Below are positions 11,205-23,200 of a DNA stretch of 64,000 bases, in pieces; positions within the stretch are counted from its first letter, which is position 1; each line of letters starts with the position of its first letter. Below the pieces are notes generated by a model. That model saw only the letters and a list, made by a program, of their open reading frames with translations. It was not told the origin of the DNA and searched no databases. Made by a program: the position numbers and the translations under genes. This DNA is from Lytechinus pictus (lineage: Eukaryota). The DNA lies in the NCBI RefSeq assembly GCF_037042905.1, contig NC_087250.1, forward strand, positions 15,254,001 through 15,318,000, in the 5' to 3' direction.

Positions 11205-14200
11205 CTAGTACAGATAACAGGGAAAAACACAAGCATGTAATAAATGTATTCCAACAAAATTGAGGTTAAGATGAGACTTATATAAATTGACTTGAAACCC
11301 TGAAATTAACAAATATTTTAAAGCAAACACTTACAGCCCCATCTTACAAATGGAGATGTCTCAGCGACATCTCGCAAACTTAAAGTAGCTGAGACATCTC
11401 CAACATAAATGTGTTTTCGGTCTGACCAAGGAGACATCTCTGCGGCAACTCAGAGACATCAGGGGTCCATTTCATTAAGGACTTACAACTGTTGTAACTT
11501 TGCCATTATGGCAACTACCATGGTAACAGGGCTCAGCAGCCAATCAGAATCAAGGTTGCCATGGTAGTTGCCATAATGGCAAAGTTACAACAGGGGCCCG
11601 TTGCAGAAAGAGTTGCAATCAATCGCAACTCTAAAAAAATGCGTAACTTGATTTTCTACCAATCAACAGCGCACATTTGGGACTTGCGATTGATTTTTTG
11701 ACTTGCGTTTAAACGCAACTCTTTCGCAACGGGCCACAGTTGTAACTCTTTATGAAACAGGCCCCTGGAGACAAGGTGACCTGCATTATATCTGATGGTC
11801 ACGGGGGATGTTACTGCAAAGCCTCAGAGTACTTGACTTTTCTTAGTTGCAGCGACGTCTCAGAGCTGTTTCCGACACGTCGCAGTGACTTTGCAGCAGC
11901 ATCCACTGACTGTCAGGCAAAGAGCTTGTCAACTTGTCTGCAGAAGTCTCTGCAGCTCACCAAATCTGGATTTGCAAAGTAGTGGTAAACAAGTTGCAAG
12001 CCCAGTGAGCTATAACCTTTAAGTTTCAAATGGATTCTAATGCAAAATATTTGCAGAAACTGAGACAGCCGTGGTAAAAACTGACCATCAAGAAAAAATT
12101 CTGATATTTTCAAAAAGTAGAGCAGACTGTTGACTTTCTGATTTTAAAGCCTTTACTCTGGAAAATGAGAGTGGTAAATACCTGATCTTAACATGTAACT
12201 CCATGACTGATAGAAGCTATCCATTAGAGTATGTGTCCTGCATACCAGTCTGCACCAAGAGGCAAGCTTCTGCTCACTGTGGGGGGGATACAAAATAAAT
12301 AAATAACTAGAGCTGAAAATGTATTAGGCAATGGGAATTATATATATAATGCATAATGAAAAAACAACACATTTTCAGAATTAAAGGTACAAGACGTTGA
12401 AGCAAACAATTATTTCATGAGAAAGTCTTTTGAATCAAGATTTATTGTCAAAATATTATCATACATCTAGATCAGGGGAGCGTTTCATGAAAGGACTTGT
12501 CGGACGTTTTATCCGACAAGTACTGTTTTATCCGACAGTTACCACAGTAACGGTGCTTCTCAGCCAATCAAAGTCAGGGAAAGATGTCAGATCTGACAAC
12601 TTGTCGGACGAAAATGTTGATGAAACACCCCCCTGGTACATCAATATAAGCTTATCTTTGTAAAATCATGAAATCTTAGCTCAAAATCGATAATTCTGAT
12701 GATCACCAACACAGAAAAGCATATGTGGGACAGTGTATTAATATTGCTTTGAAAAATACCTGACATTTGATGGAATTCCGTGCTTATGATGCTCATTTGA
12801 CTATAATTTTCAAAGATTAGATTTAAAGAAACATTTTCACAAATTTGTTAAAAGATCAAAGTTTTTTGCAAGTTTGAGATTCATGATACTTGCAAATGCT
12901 TGACTCCAAAAGGCCCATATTCTCAAAAGAGGTTTCAATTGTACCATGGTACAAAACCATGAATTAGTGCTTCCCTTAATGCCCTTTGCCAAAAGTGTGC
13001 ATATAATCGTTATTTCTTAGCGTACGTGATGAAATAAGTGTACATATGTACACAAATCTGCAAAGGCCATGGTCCAATTGAAACCTCTCGAGAATACAGG
13101 CTTAAATATCGATATAGCTCAATTAGGAATAAAGTTTTTAATGTAATTTTTTTATATAACAGTATACATACTTGAGTGCTTGACAGACGAACGCCTTGAA
13201 CCGAGCTTCATGACTTCTTCTGAGTGGTTCATGTGTTTCTTCTACATGGTCTATGGCGGCGAGAAGCGTCTGTCGTGAAGTGATGGCCGTTCCGCCAACG
13301 ATGTCAAGGTCGAAGGCTTGCGAGAGACGACGAGCGGGTGATTCGGCAAACTGCTTTCCTTTCTGTAAAGATAACAAACAACCGATCGCTGAACAGAGTC
13401 GTAACCACTATACCTACGGAGACTTCAAATTGGCCACACTGGTGATGTCATAGTGATGTAAGGTAGGGGCTACACTTCCATTGGCTCCAATATACACTAA
13501 ATGGCTTAAATGTAATTTTCATTATTTCAATTTGTATTATTTCTTCATGAGGACATATAACATTGTGCTATCTGTGCTACATTTTATCTATTACTGCCCC
13601 AGGGGTATACATACTTACGAGAAAACATCAAATCCCCAACAATTCAGTACACAACCAATGGGAAAGTTATCCCTACCATTTGTCATGACCGACTTACCAA
13701 ATTGCGAATTTGAAAATGACAGTCACAGTGATCTCATTTTTTAAACTACTATAACTTACACTTATTCCTAGTCTGATTTTTTGGGGTTAAATTTCACTAT
13801 TCTGTTTTTTCCCTTATTTTTCTCATCTGTCACACAGCATTTCATGACCAAGGTTAGATTCCCCATTAACTCTTAATGTGCCATTCACTGTAATCAGCGA
13901 GTACCATTTTTTTCAGAGTATATATTTAATTGTTTTATTCATAAAAAAAGGGAATCACTCCTGAGACAATTATGTTGAACCTCTTGACCATAAGCTGAAC
14001 TGAACAATGGAATCAATCATGCATGCAATGCACTCCTCAAAATGCAATAGGCATTACAATAGCTGTATGACCATTGCACGAAAATGTGTTTGTGGCACTC
14101 CAGTGGATGCACAGATATGTGTTCATGGCACGTTAAGGGTTAAAGGCACAATGAAGAGTTGGATTGATGCCATGACATTCACTCCAGCAACAGTAAAGAA

Positions 14201-17200
14201 ATCCTCCCACACACTAATCCAATCCCTAACTTCAACCCTGGATTCAACACCATATCCTACCCCTAAACCTAACCCTGAACCAAACACAAAAAATCCTATT
14301 GCAACTCTAACTCCACATCTTAGACAAAATGAAGCTCAGGGGCCCGTTTCATAAAGAGTTACAACTGTTGTACCTTTGAAGAAGAAAAAGAAATGGAAAG
14401 GCGAGAAAGTGGAAGACGGACAGTCAACCTGCCCGAAACCTCAAGTCTTTCTACTGCTTCTGTTCATCATCTCTACTCGCCGACTCAAGCCAGCACCTCC
14501 TCATCCATCCTCAAGCTGTTTCAACTCATCAATCTCTTCTGGTTTACAGTCCTTTTCAGGACTACATTCAAGAAAAGAAAACTCTACTCTCAAATCTCCA
14601 CTTTCTCGCCTATCCATTTCTTTTTCTTCTTCTATAATACTCCACATGGTGTACCGTAAACCACATCAGCGATTGTACATGCCACCATGCACACCTTCAA
14701 ACAACATCTGTTGTAACGTTGCCATCAAGTCAACTACCATGGTAACCTTGATTCTGATTGGCTGCTGAGCCCTTTTTACCATGGTAGTTCCCATTTAAGT
14801 AAAAGTTACAACAGTTGCAAGTCTTTTATGAAACGGACCCCAGAGCAATTTTGCAAAAGCATATGTTGTGTCACTGTTTGATTATACGCTACTTTCCGAA
14901 GAAAGAACCAATGGATTTATAGTAATCTTTCTAAAGCTATTCAAACTTGAGGGGCCCATGTTCTATCTTACCTTGATCTCAAAATACTTGCTGAAGACTT
15001 CCCAAGCGTGGACAGTCTGTCCTGCAATACTTCTGGGGGCAAGACAAGCAGTGATCGGTGTCATCAGAGCTTGACTTGTACTCATCTGAAATGACAATGA
15101 ATAACACCTCTTGCAACTGACTTGATTAAAATATAGAATTGACTTTATCAAAATATATTAAAGGTCAAGTCCACCCTAGAAAAGTGTCGATTTGAATCAA
15201 TAGAGAAAAATCAAACAAGCCTAACACTGAAAATTACATCAAAATCGGGTGTAAAATATGAAAGTTATTACATTTTAAAGTTTCGCTTATTTTTCACAAA
15301 ACAGATATATGCTCAACTCAGTGATATGCAAATGAGAGTCTCAATGATGTCCATCACTCACTATTTCTTTTGTTTTTTATTGTTTGAATTATACAATATT
15401 TCATTTTTCACAAATTTGACAATAAAGACTAAACTTGATTGAACCATAAAAAGTTAAGGCAATGGTAATTCCACGTGATCAGGGAGGAATGAAACTTTGA
15501 TTCAAAGGAGGATGAGAAGAAAATTGGAATATTTCATATTTCATATAATGAAATACAAAATAGTGAGTGGGTGATGTCATCAGTCCCCTCATTTGCATAT
15601 GCATACAGACCAGGATGTGTATATATCCGTTTTGTAAAATTAAGTGAAAATATTTCATAATATATTTCATAACTTTTTTATTTCACATCCGATTTTGATG
15701 AAATTTTCAGTGTTATTCTTGTTGCATTTTTCTCTCTTTACTCAAATCAACTCTTTGTTGGGATGGACTTGGCCTTTAACAATGTGATCATAATAAATTT
15801 GCTGAACACGTCCAAGGATTGGGCGGTTGGTACAAGTACTCGAGCCCAAAACTGCTGCACGTGTAGCAAGGCAAGGTTGACACAAAGTCGGTGCAGCTAC
15901 GTGTAGCAATCTGACCATATCACATGGCAATGTGTTTACTAGCGCTGCCGAAAGCATCAGCGTTTGTTTGTTTGAAAGGCTTTTCGAATGCTCAATTCAC
16001 CATACAAGCTTCATATGGGCTAAATATGAAGAAGTGGAAAGTTGTACATATACTTGATATGAATTCACAGACACAGTGCGATAAACCATGGAGTGCTAAT
16101 GCTCAACTCACACTTGGAAATTAAAAATATTTCAATATTTTCAATTATTGAAATTGCTATTTGATGAAAAAAATCAGAATCCCTCAGAAAGTCAGGTATT
16201 TCAAAGCCCTGATTAGTGACACTCTCTTCTTTAGTTACTACTGTCTTGAATTTCAAGTTTCGATCAGAGGTACAAAAGGATTGAGAAAAAACACAGACAA
16301 TTCAGAAATTTATGTTTAGTTTGACAAAATGGTTGACAAATTTTACAATTAACCCCCTGTCATGGTGGGTTATATCAACGATTGTTGTCTGACGAGTTGT
16401 CAGATCTGACATCTTTCCTTCATTTTCATTGGCTGAAAAGCAAAGTTATTACAGTACTGATAAAACAGGATAAAAAGTCTGGCAGGTGCTTTTTCTTCTT
16501 CTCTTACTTGTACTTGAAAGAGGACAACAACAACAAAAACCAGAAAAATTCAGCTTGTCTAAGAACAAAATTGTTACTTGGCCGAAAATTCATGTGAAAG
16601 CTATAAGACTGAAGGAAACATATCTGCACATGCAATTGGTGTTGAAATAATTTTGATGCCTCGCCTTTTATTTCCTACATCTTTTTTAATGTGGGCAAAG
16701 AATACTGAACAACATGTAACTTACCCTGATTAATCCATGTTCGAACAGCGCCCTCAAGGCTGGAGCGAGCTCTCTCCTGACTGCTATGGTGACATCATCA
16801 AGCGGCCGACTTACGGGGCTCTAGGATAGGCCAGACAAACAGATCAAAGCGTTTCATGAAACAATAAGTCACCGACTTTCACTGACAAATTTGGTTTGAG
16901 CCAATAAGTTGCCAGGATTTCTGGCAGGTTTTTCAAGGGTTTTTCAAAGTTTAAATGCCATTCAAACCCAAATTTAAGTAGAAAAAAATACACATTTGTG
17001 ATTACTTGAAAAGTGAGTTGCAATTGATTTCTTGAGTTGCGTTTGATTGCAAGTCTTACTGCAATGGGGTTCCTAAAAGACATTTCTTCATCAGGGGCCC
17101 TGTTTCACAAAACTCGTAATAATAACCGATGCGCAATAACAGTAACAATCTACTAAAATCCTTCAATCCGATTGGCTGGTAGTACATTTAATATAGAAAT

Positions 17201-20200
17201 TGTGCATTTAATACCACAAGAAGTATTTACGGGAACCTGGAGTTGCATTTGATTGCAAACTCTTTTAGCAATGGCTCCCTAATACTGCTTTCACACAGCG
17301 ACCGATCGGACGTGCTTTCACACCGCCGTCAAAATTTGGTCAGACCCAGAGCGATCGGTTGCTGTAAGTTTGTGCGCATAATGATCTGCGCATATTTCAC
17401 ACTATGCACATTAACATCACAAAGGATGAATAGGGCATTTTGATCGGTCGCTGAGTACGATGTGCTTTCACATCAAGCTTGCATCGGTCGCTAAAGACCC
17501 TCTCCGACCGTACTCAGCGACCGATCATTTTTTACCAAAATGATTGGTCGCTGAATACGATGAAATGCTTTCACATGATTTCATAAGTCACTGCGACCGT
17601 ATCTTGATGTAAAAGCAACATACAAAACATAACTTGATCTGTATTATACAATAGAAAATTGATGGGGGGGGGAATAATTAACTTACATCGGATGAGTCGC
17701 TGGCATAGTCTCTATCCTCCTCATCTTGGATCTGTTTCTTCCGTGCTAGTTCAATCACTCGCTCTGTAGCCTTGTCCAAGTTTTGCAAGAGATCACTGAA
17801 ATAATCAAACAAATTATGCAACATTTACATTGCGTTTCTAAGCAATACATCCCCATTACACACTCTAAATTGGCAACGCCTATAAAAACAATTTGACTGT
17901 TTAAAAGTTGTAACTGGTACCCTAAAACTGTTATGTTGACTCAAGCTCCGACCCATATTTCATTTTTTTTCAACATTCGATGCCTATATTGTTGCCAATT
18001 TGATCAATACTGACTTTAAGGCGATGAACCTACTAATAATCTGCTCCAATGTCGTCCTTTGCTCTCCTTGGTCTTTCTTTCATCCTGTCCGTCCCGCAAC
18101 CGAGCTGTGATATCGTGATATACTGGAGGACGGCAAGGGCTTTCTTCATGGCAGAAATGTTGGACTCTCTGATTTTCTGCAATAAAATAAAAACTTAGAT
18201 GTAATATTGAGTCATTGTTGACATGCCAACAGGCTGCATTGCACCGTACAAATGATACATATAGGTACAGCACATGTAAGAGTTTTCTTAATATAAGAAA
18301 TAGACAGGGCCCTGGGAACGATTTTTTGACTGGGGGTGCTGATGTAAATTTGACAGGCAAAAAAAAATTATAAAAAAGATTCACTCCAAAATGAAGTTCA
18401 TTTTTACCTGATAAATTTGACAATAAAAAAAAAAAAAGGGGGGGGTTTCTACATAACATGTAGACCATTTTTTTTTTATACATTTCTCCATTTTGTCACA
18501 TCTTACAGAATTCCAGGGGGTGCTGTCTATGGAGAATAATACATGCCACACCCCCAAGGAAAATCTTTGGGGTGCTTCAACACAGCCAGCACCCCCACTT
18601 CCCAGGGCCATGGAAATAGAGCTCATCTGTAATAAAATGAGCAGAAGAACACTGTAGTGTCCCAAGGTATTATTTGTACACTTCACATTAACGCAGTAGA
18701 AGGAGAAGATGAACAATGCTGGAAATATGAAATTCTTAACCTGGGGAGCGTTTCATCAACACTTTTGTCCGAAAAGTTGTCAGACCTGACAGCTTTCCTT
18801 AATTTTGATTGGCTGAGAGGCACTGTTTCTATGGTAACAGTCAGATAAAATAGGACTTGTTGGATAAAACGTCTGACAAGTCCTTTCATGAAATGCTCTC
18901 CAGGTTATCACAAAATCTAATGAATTGTAAATCATATGAAAAAGAAAATTAAAGCCCTTGTTTCCTTTACCACAACTCTTTTTAAAGGTAAAAGAATATA
19001 CAGTAGTTGCAGCAAACAATTATTTCATGAGGAAGTCTTTACAATCAAGGTTAATTGTCACCCTATTATCATAGATCATTAACATAAACTTTTCCTTGTA
19101 AAATCATGAAATATTAGCTGAAAACTGACAATACTTATGACCACTAACACAGAAAAGCTAATGTGGGACAGTGTATTAATATTAGTAAAAAAAAAAAAAA
19201 AGCTGACATTTGATGGAATACGGCATTTATTTTTCTCATTTCTCAGCAATTACACACTTTCTTCCAGAGCCATTTGGCACAATTTTTTTTTTTTATACAG
19301 AAAATTGGGCGATCATTTTATTGAATTCTTTTTCGAACTCATTTTAAGATTGATACCACACCTGGCATTTCTCTGTCATCGAATAATCAATAAAAACATT
19401 ACTTCAGGACACTATTAAGAAGAGATAAAAAATAATACATTAAATTCTTACAGTTTCAGACTATATCATGACGGCCTGCATCACTTCAATCAAATCAGCA
19501 TCCATATGGAACAGTATACAACATAACCATATGGAGATTCACAAGTAAATAATGCATGCAATTCTATACTAAGTAAATATGCAGGTACTTCACAGAATTG
19601 CAATTTAAATATTAAAGGTCGAAGCAGCGAGGAGGGTCATCGAGGAAATATACATATATGGGACCTAAAATAGAAAGCCACACAGCTCACACAAGCATCC
19701 TCCTCATTTTTATGTTCCCATGTAGGCAATAAATCCTACATTTCCATCGTTCGAGAATCTTAATGCCACAATGCAAAATTCAATTTCTCTATCTAGTAGC
19801 ATTTTCTGCAATCGACCCTGTTTCTTATTCCAATCCAATCCAAAGGTCATTTGATATAAAGCGCCTTTTCCCTTCGGTTACAAAGCACTGTGCACACACT
19901 ACTCCATGTTTGGGCCACTAAATCAATAATCAAACACCTCAGAATGGTCAGCTTAGTCCATGCAATTCATTGTCCTTTTTAGCAAAATGGATGGGATTTA
20001 ATGGCTTTCTTGAATAATTCAACAGTAGCAGGAAGGTGATTCCAGAGCTTTGCAGTTAATTTGTTAACTTTTGCAAAATATAAGAAACTAGAACATCAAA
20101 AGTCAGCTAGTGGCACGGTGTAACAGATTTGCTCAACTAAATTCTTGTAGAACCCTCCCTCTCTCCCTCCTCTCCCCTCCCCTCCTCCTCCGGCTAAGAT

Positions 20201-23200
20201 ACAAATCTGATGGTCTAGTTCATATGTAAGTTGGAAGAAGACGTACCTTAAGTTCTTCTTTAGTTTTTCCTTTGACTTTCTTCCTGTTTTTCACACCACC
20301 AGGATGTGTACAGCATTGGGTATCTGATCCTCCGTCAGAACCAGCATCGATATCACGAGAAGGCGGGGCCTAGATACGGAAAGAGAAGAAATATCATCAT
20401 CATCGTTGTCGTCATCATCGTCATCATCATTGCCACAATGACGTTCACCACCTCCATGTACCATTATCATCATCATTATGATAATCAATACCACTCTCAT
20501 CATAATATTCTTCATCATCACTACCATCAACATCATCACCACCATCAGCATAATTGTCATCATCACCATCATCATCATCATCATCATCATCATCATTATC
20601 ACCATAGCAATGATCATCACCATTCTCATAATATATATCACCACCAATACCACCATCATCATCATCATAATGATATACTCGATTCAATAAATTTATTAAA
20701 ACATATCACGTTCCATCCATTCCAAGAGGGTCATCATCACGTTTATTATAACTATCATCATCATAATAAATCTTCATTGTCATAATCAACATCACCATCA
20801 TAATAAATCTTCATCGTCATCATCATCATCATAATCATCATCATAATAACCATCATCATCACAATCATAATCACATGTATCTTTTAATACTACCATCATC
20901 ATCCTCATCATCCTCATAATCATCATCATCAAGCAATAACAGGTACTACTCACAAGTTTGTGGACCTCACATTCACACAGCTCGTCGTTAGCTGATAAGA
21001 CCAGAGGAGATTGCGCCTCATCTTGTAAATAGTTGATGAATCTCTCCAGATCAACTATCTGGTTCTTGAGCTGGTGTATCACCTGTTCTTTGACCTTAGC
21101 TGGGTTGACGATCTGAAAGAGAACAGATGAGATATTGATTTTACCATTCTGTAACTTGTTTTAGCTCAGTTGGAAATTACACTATATTCTGTGACATGAA
21201 TATTCATGAGGCGTAGTCTCACTAAATAAACTCTATTGGGTACTGAGTCGGCCGAATCGACGTCAATATAGTCTTTACCGTAGCTTACGTGCGACTTTAC
21301 AAACAAAATTGTGAACCTTTGTTAACAACCATATCAAGGCTAATAGAAATCAGGTACGCTTCAATTACTAGAAGAAAGGATCACCAGGGCCCTGTCTTAC
21401 AAAGAGTTGCGATTGATCCAATCAATCTCAACTGCATGGAAATCCATCCATATTATAATTTTTCTACAAAAAATCTGCACAATCTCCTAATAGTAAACAA
21501 AGAGAATCACACTGAATCTTCAAGAGAACGATGAATGTATGAATATACATCGTATCTAGAAAATATTTTGAACAAATTTGCATTTTAGATGTTGACGTTG
21601 CAGGCTGTCCATAGTTGTGGTTGATCGGATCAATCACAACTCTTTGTAGACTGGGCCAAGTTGTTTGTTTGATCGTAACTAACGAAAAGTTTTATGAAAT
21701 ACACACCTGATTATTTATCTGACTGATTTGTCATCATCACAATCATTTTTAACATCAAACATAGTATTAAAACAAAGCTCAGAGAGAAAAGAACAAATTT
21801 ACGTTGTGCAAGCAGCAAGCTAGAATCCAAGAACCCATGAAAATTGTAATGCAGTTTTTATAGAGACATCAAACATTATGAAATGTACATGAAGTGGGCT
21901 AATCTCAATACTGTTCAAATACAATCAATCTTCGATGAAGTTTTGGTAACACAACATTTTTCTCCTGCAACATTTGCTCCAGGCTTCATTTTGTCTAAGA
22001 TGTAGGGTTCAGGGGTGTGAGTGGTCACAAATAAAAAGATCTGAAAAAAGCTGAAGAGTGTTGAAAAAATCTGAAATAGAAAGAGCTCCCATAACTTTTG
22101 TACAGAGGAAAGCCAAAAATAAGCTGAAATTAAGCTGAAAATCAAAACAAACAAATGTCTGAAATCAGCTAAACATCTGAAATCTCACACCCCTGAGGGT
22201 TAGGGTTAGGGTTGCAATAGGGTTTCATGTTAAGTTCAGGCTGAGGTTTAGGGTAGGGTATAGTGTTAAATTAGGGGTTGAAATTAGTCATGCGATTAGT
22301 GAGTGGAATTCATAGTGGAGTAATAGTCGCGGGAGCAAATGTTATGTAATCAAAGGTTCAAACTTACCCTCCCGATGGCACTGTCGACCCTCTGTTTGAG
22401 TTCCTCAGTGGAGAGTTTCTCAAAGTCTTCCAGATTGAGGTCCAGTTTGTTCTTCAGCTGATCAATAATGGTGCCTTGTTTCTCCATCACCTTTGTGTGA
22501 GGGAGATTACCAGTCCCTTCCTGCAAAGTAATAATGGGTGATATCAATTCTTTTAAAAATTGTTTGATCAGCTCCGTTCATCAAATTGGCAGCATTCCTT
22601 CAAAAGTTTAGTGAATATGACAAATGCATTTGAAAGTTGAATTTTTTTCATTTTACATTGAAGGACAATTCTGAAGTTTCCATTCCATTGCAAATTTGAG
22701 AAGTTAAAGATTCTTCTTCAAAAAGATAGATGTAGTTTAATCTACCATTGCCAATTTGAGGATTTTATTCTGATTATTTCAATTTTGCAAGAAACCAATC
22801 AAGCTTATTCTTGAGCTGTTCGATAATGGTTCCTTGTTTCTCTATTACACTTGTGTGAGGCAGATTACCAGTCTCTTTCTGGAGCAAGCGAAATGTGTTA
22901 TATTTCTTTACAAAATTGTTTGATCAGCTCCATTCATCAAATTGGCAACACTAGTATTATCACTTTCACTGCAAATTAATCAATTCAAAGTTTATACACC
23001 ACCAGAACTGAATATGAATTGATAGATAATGCCTTTGAAAGATGGAAATTTGCCAATTTGCTTTGAAGAAGTGCAATTCTGACATATCCATATCAGAGGG
23101 CTTTGTTTAAAATTATCATTTCATTTTAACAGACTCTGATCATGCTCATTCCTGAGCTGCTCAATAATGGCTCCTTGTTTCTCCATTACATTTGTATGTG

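Noticed and set aside
20291..20785. His-rich, Met-rich and Asp-rich ORFs of 70-159 aa
   Set aside because: They are translations of a (CAT)n microsatellite inside a RUNDC1 intron
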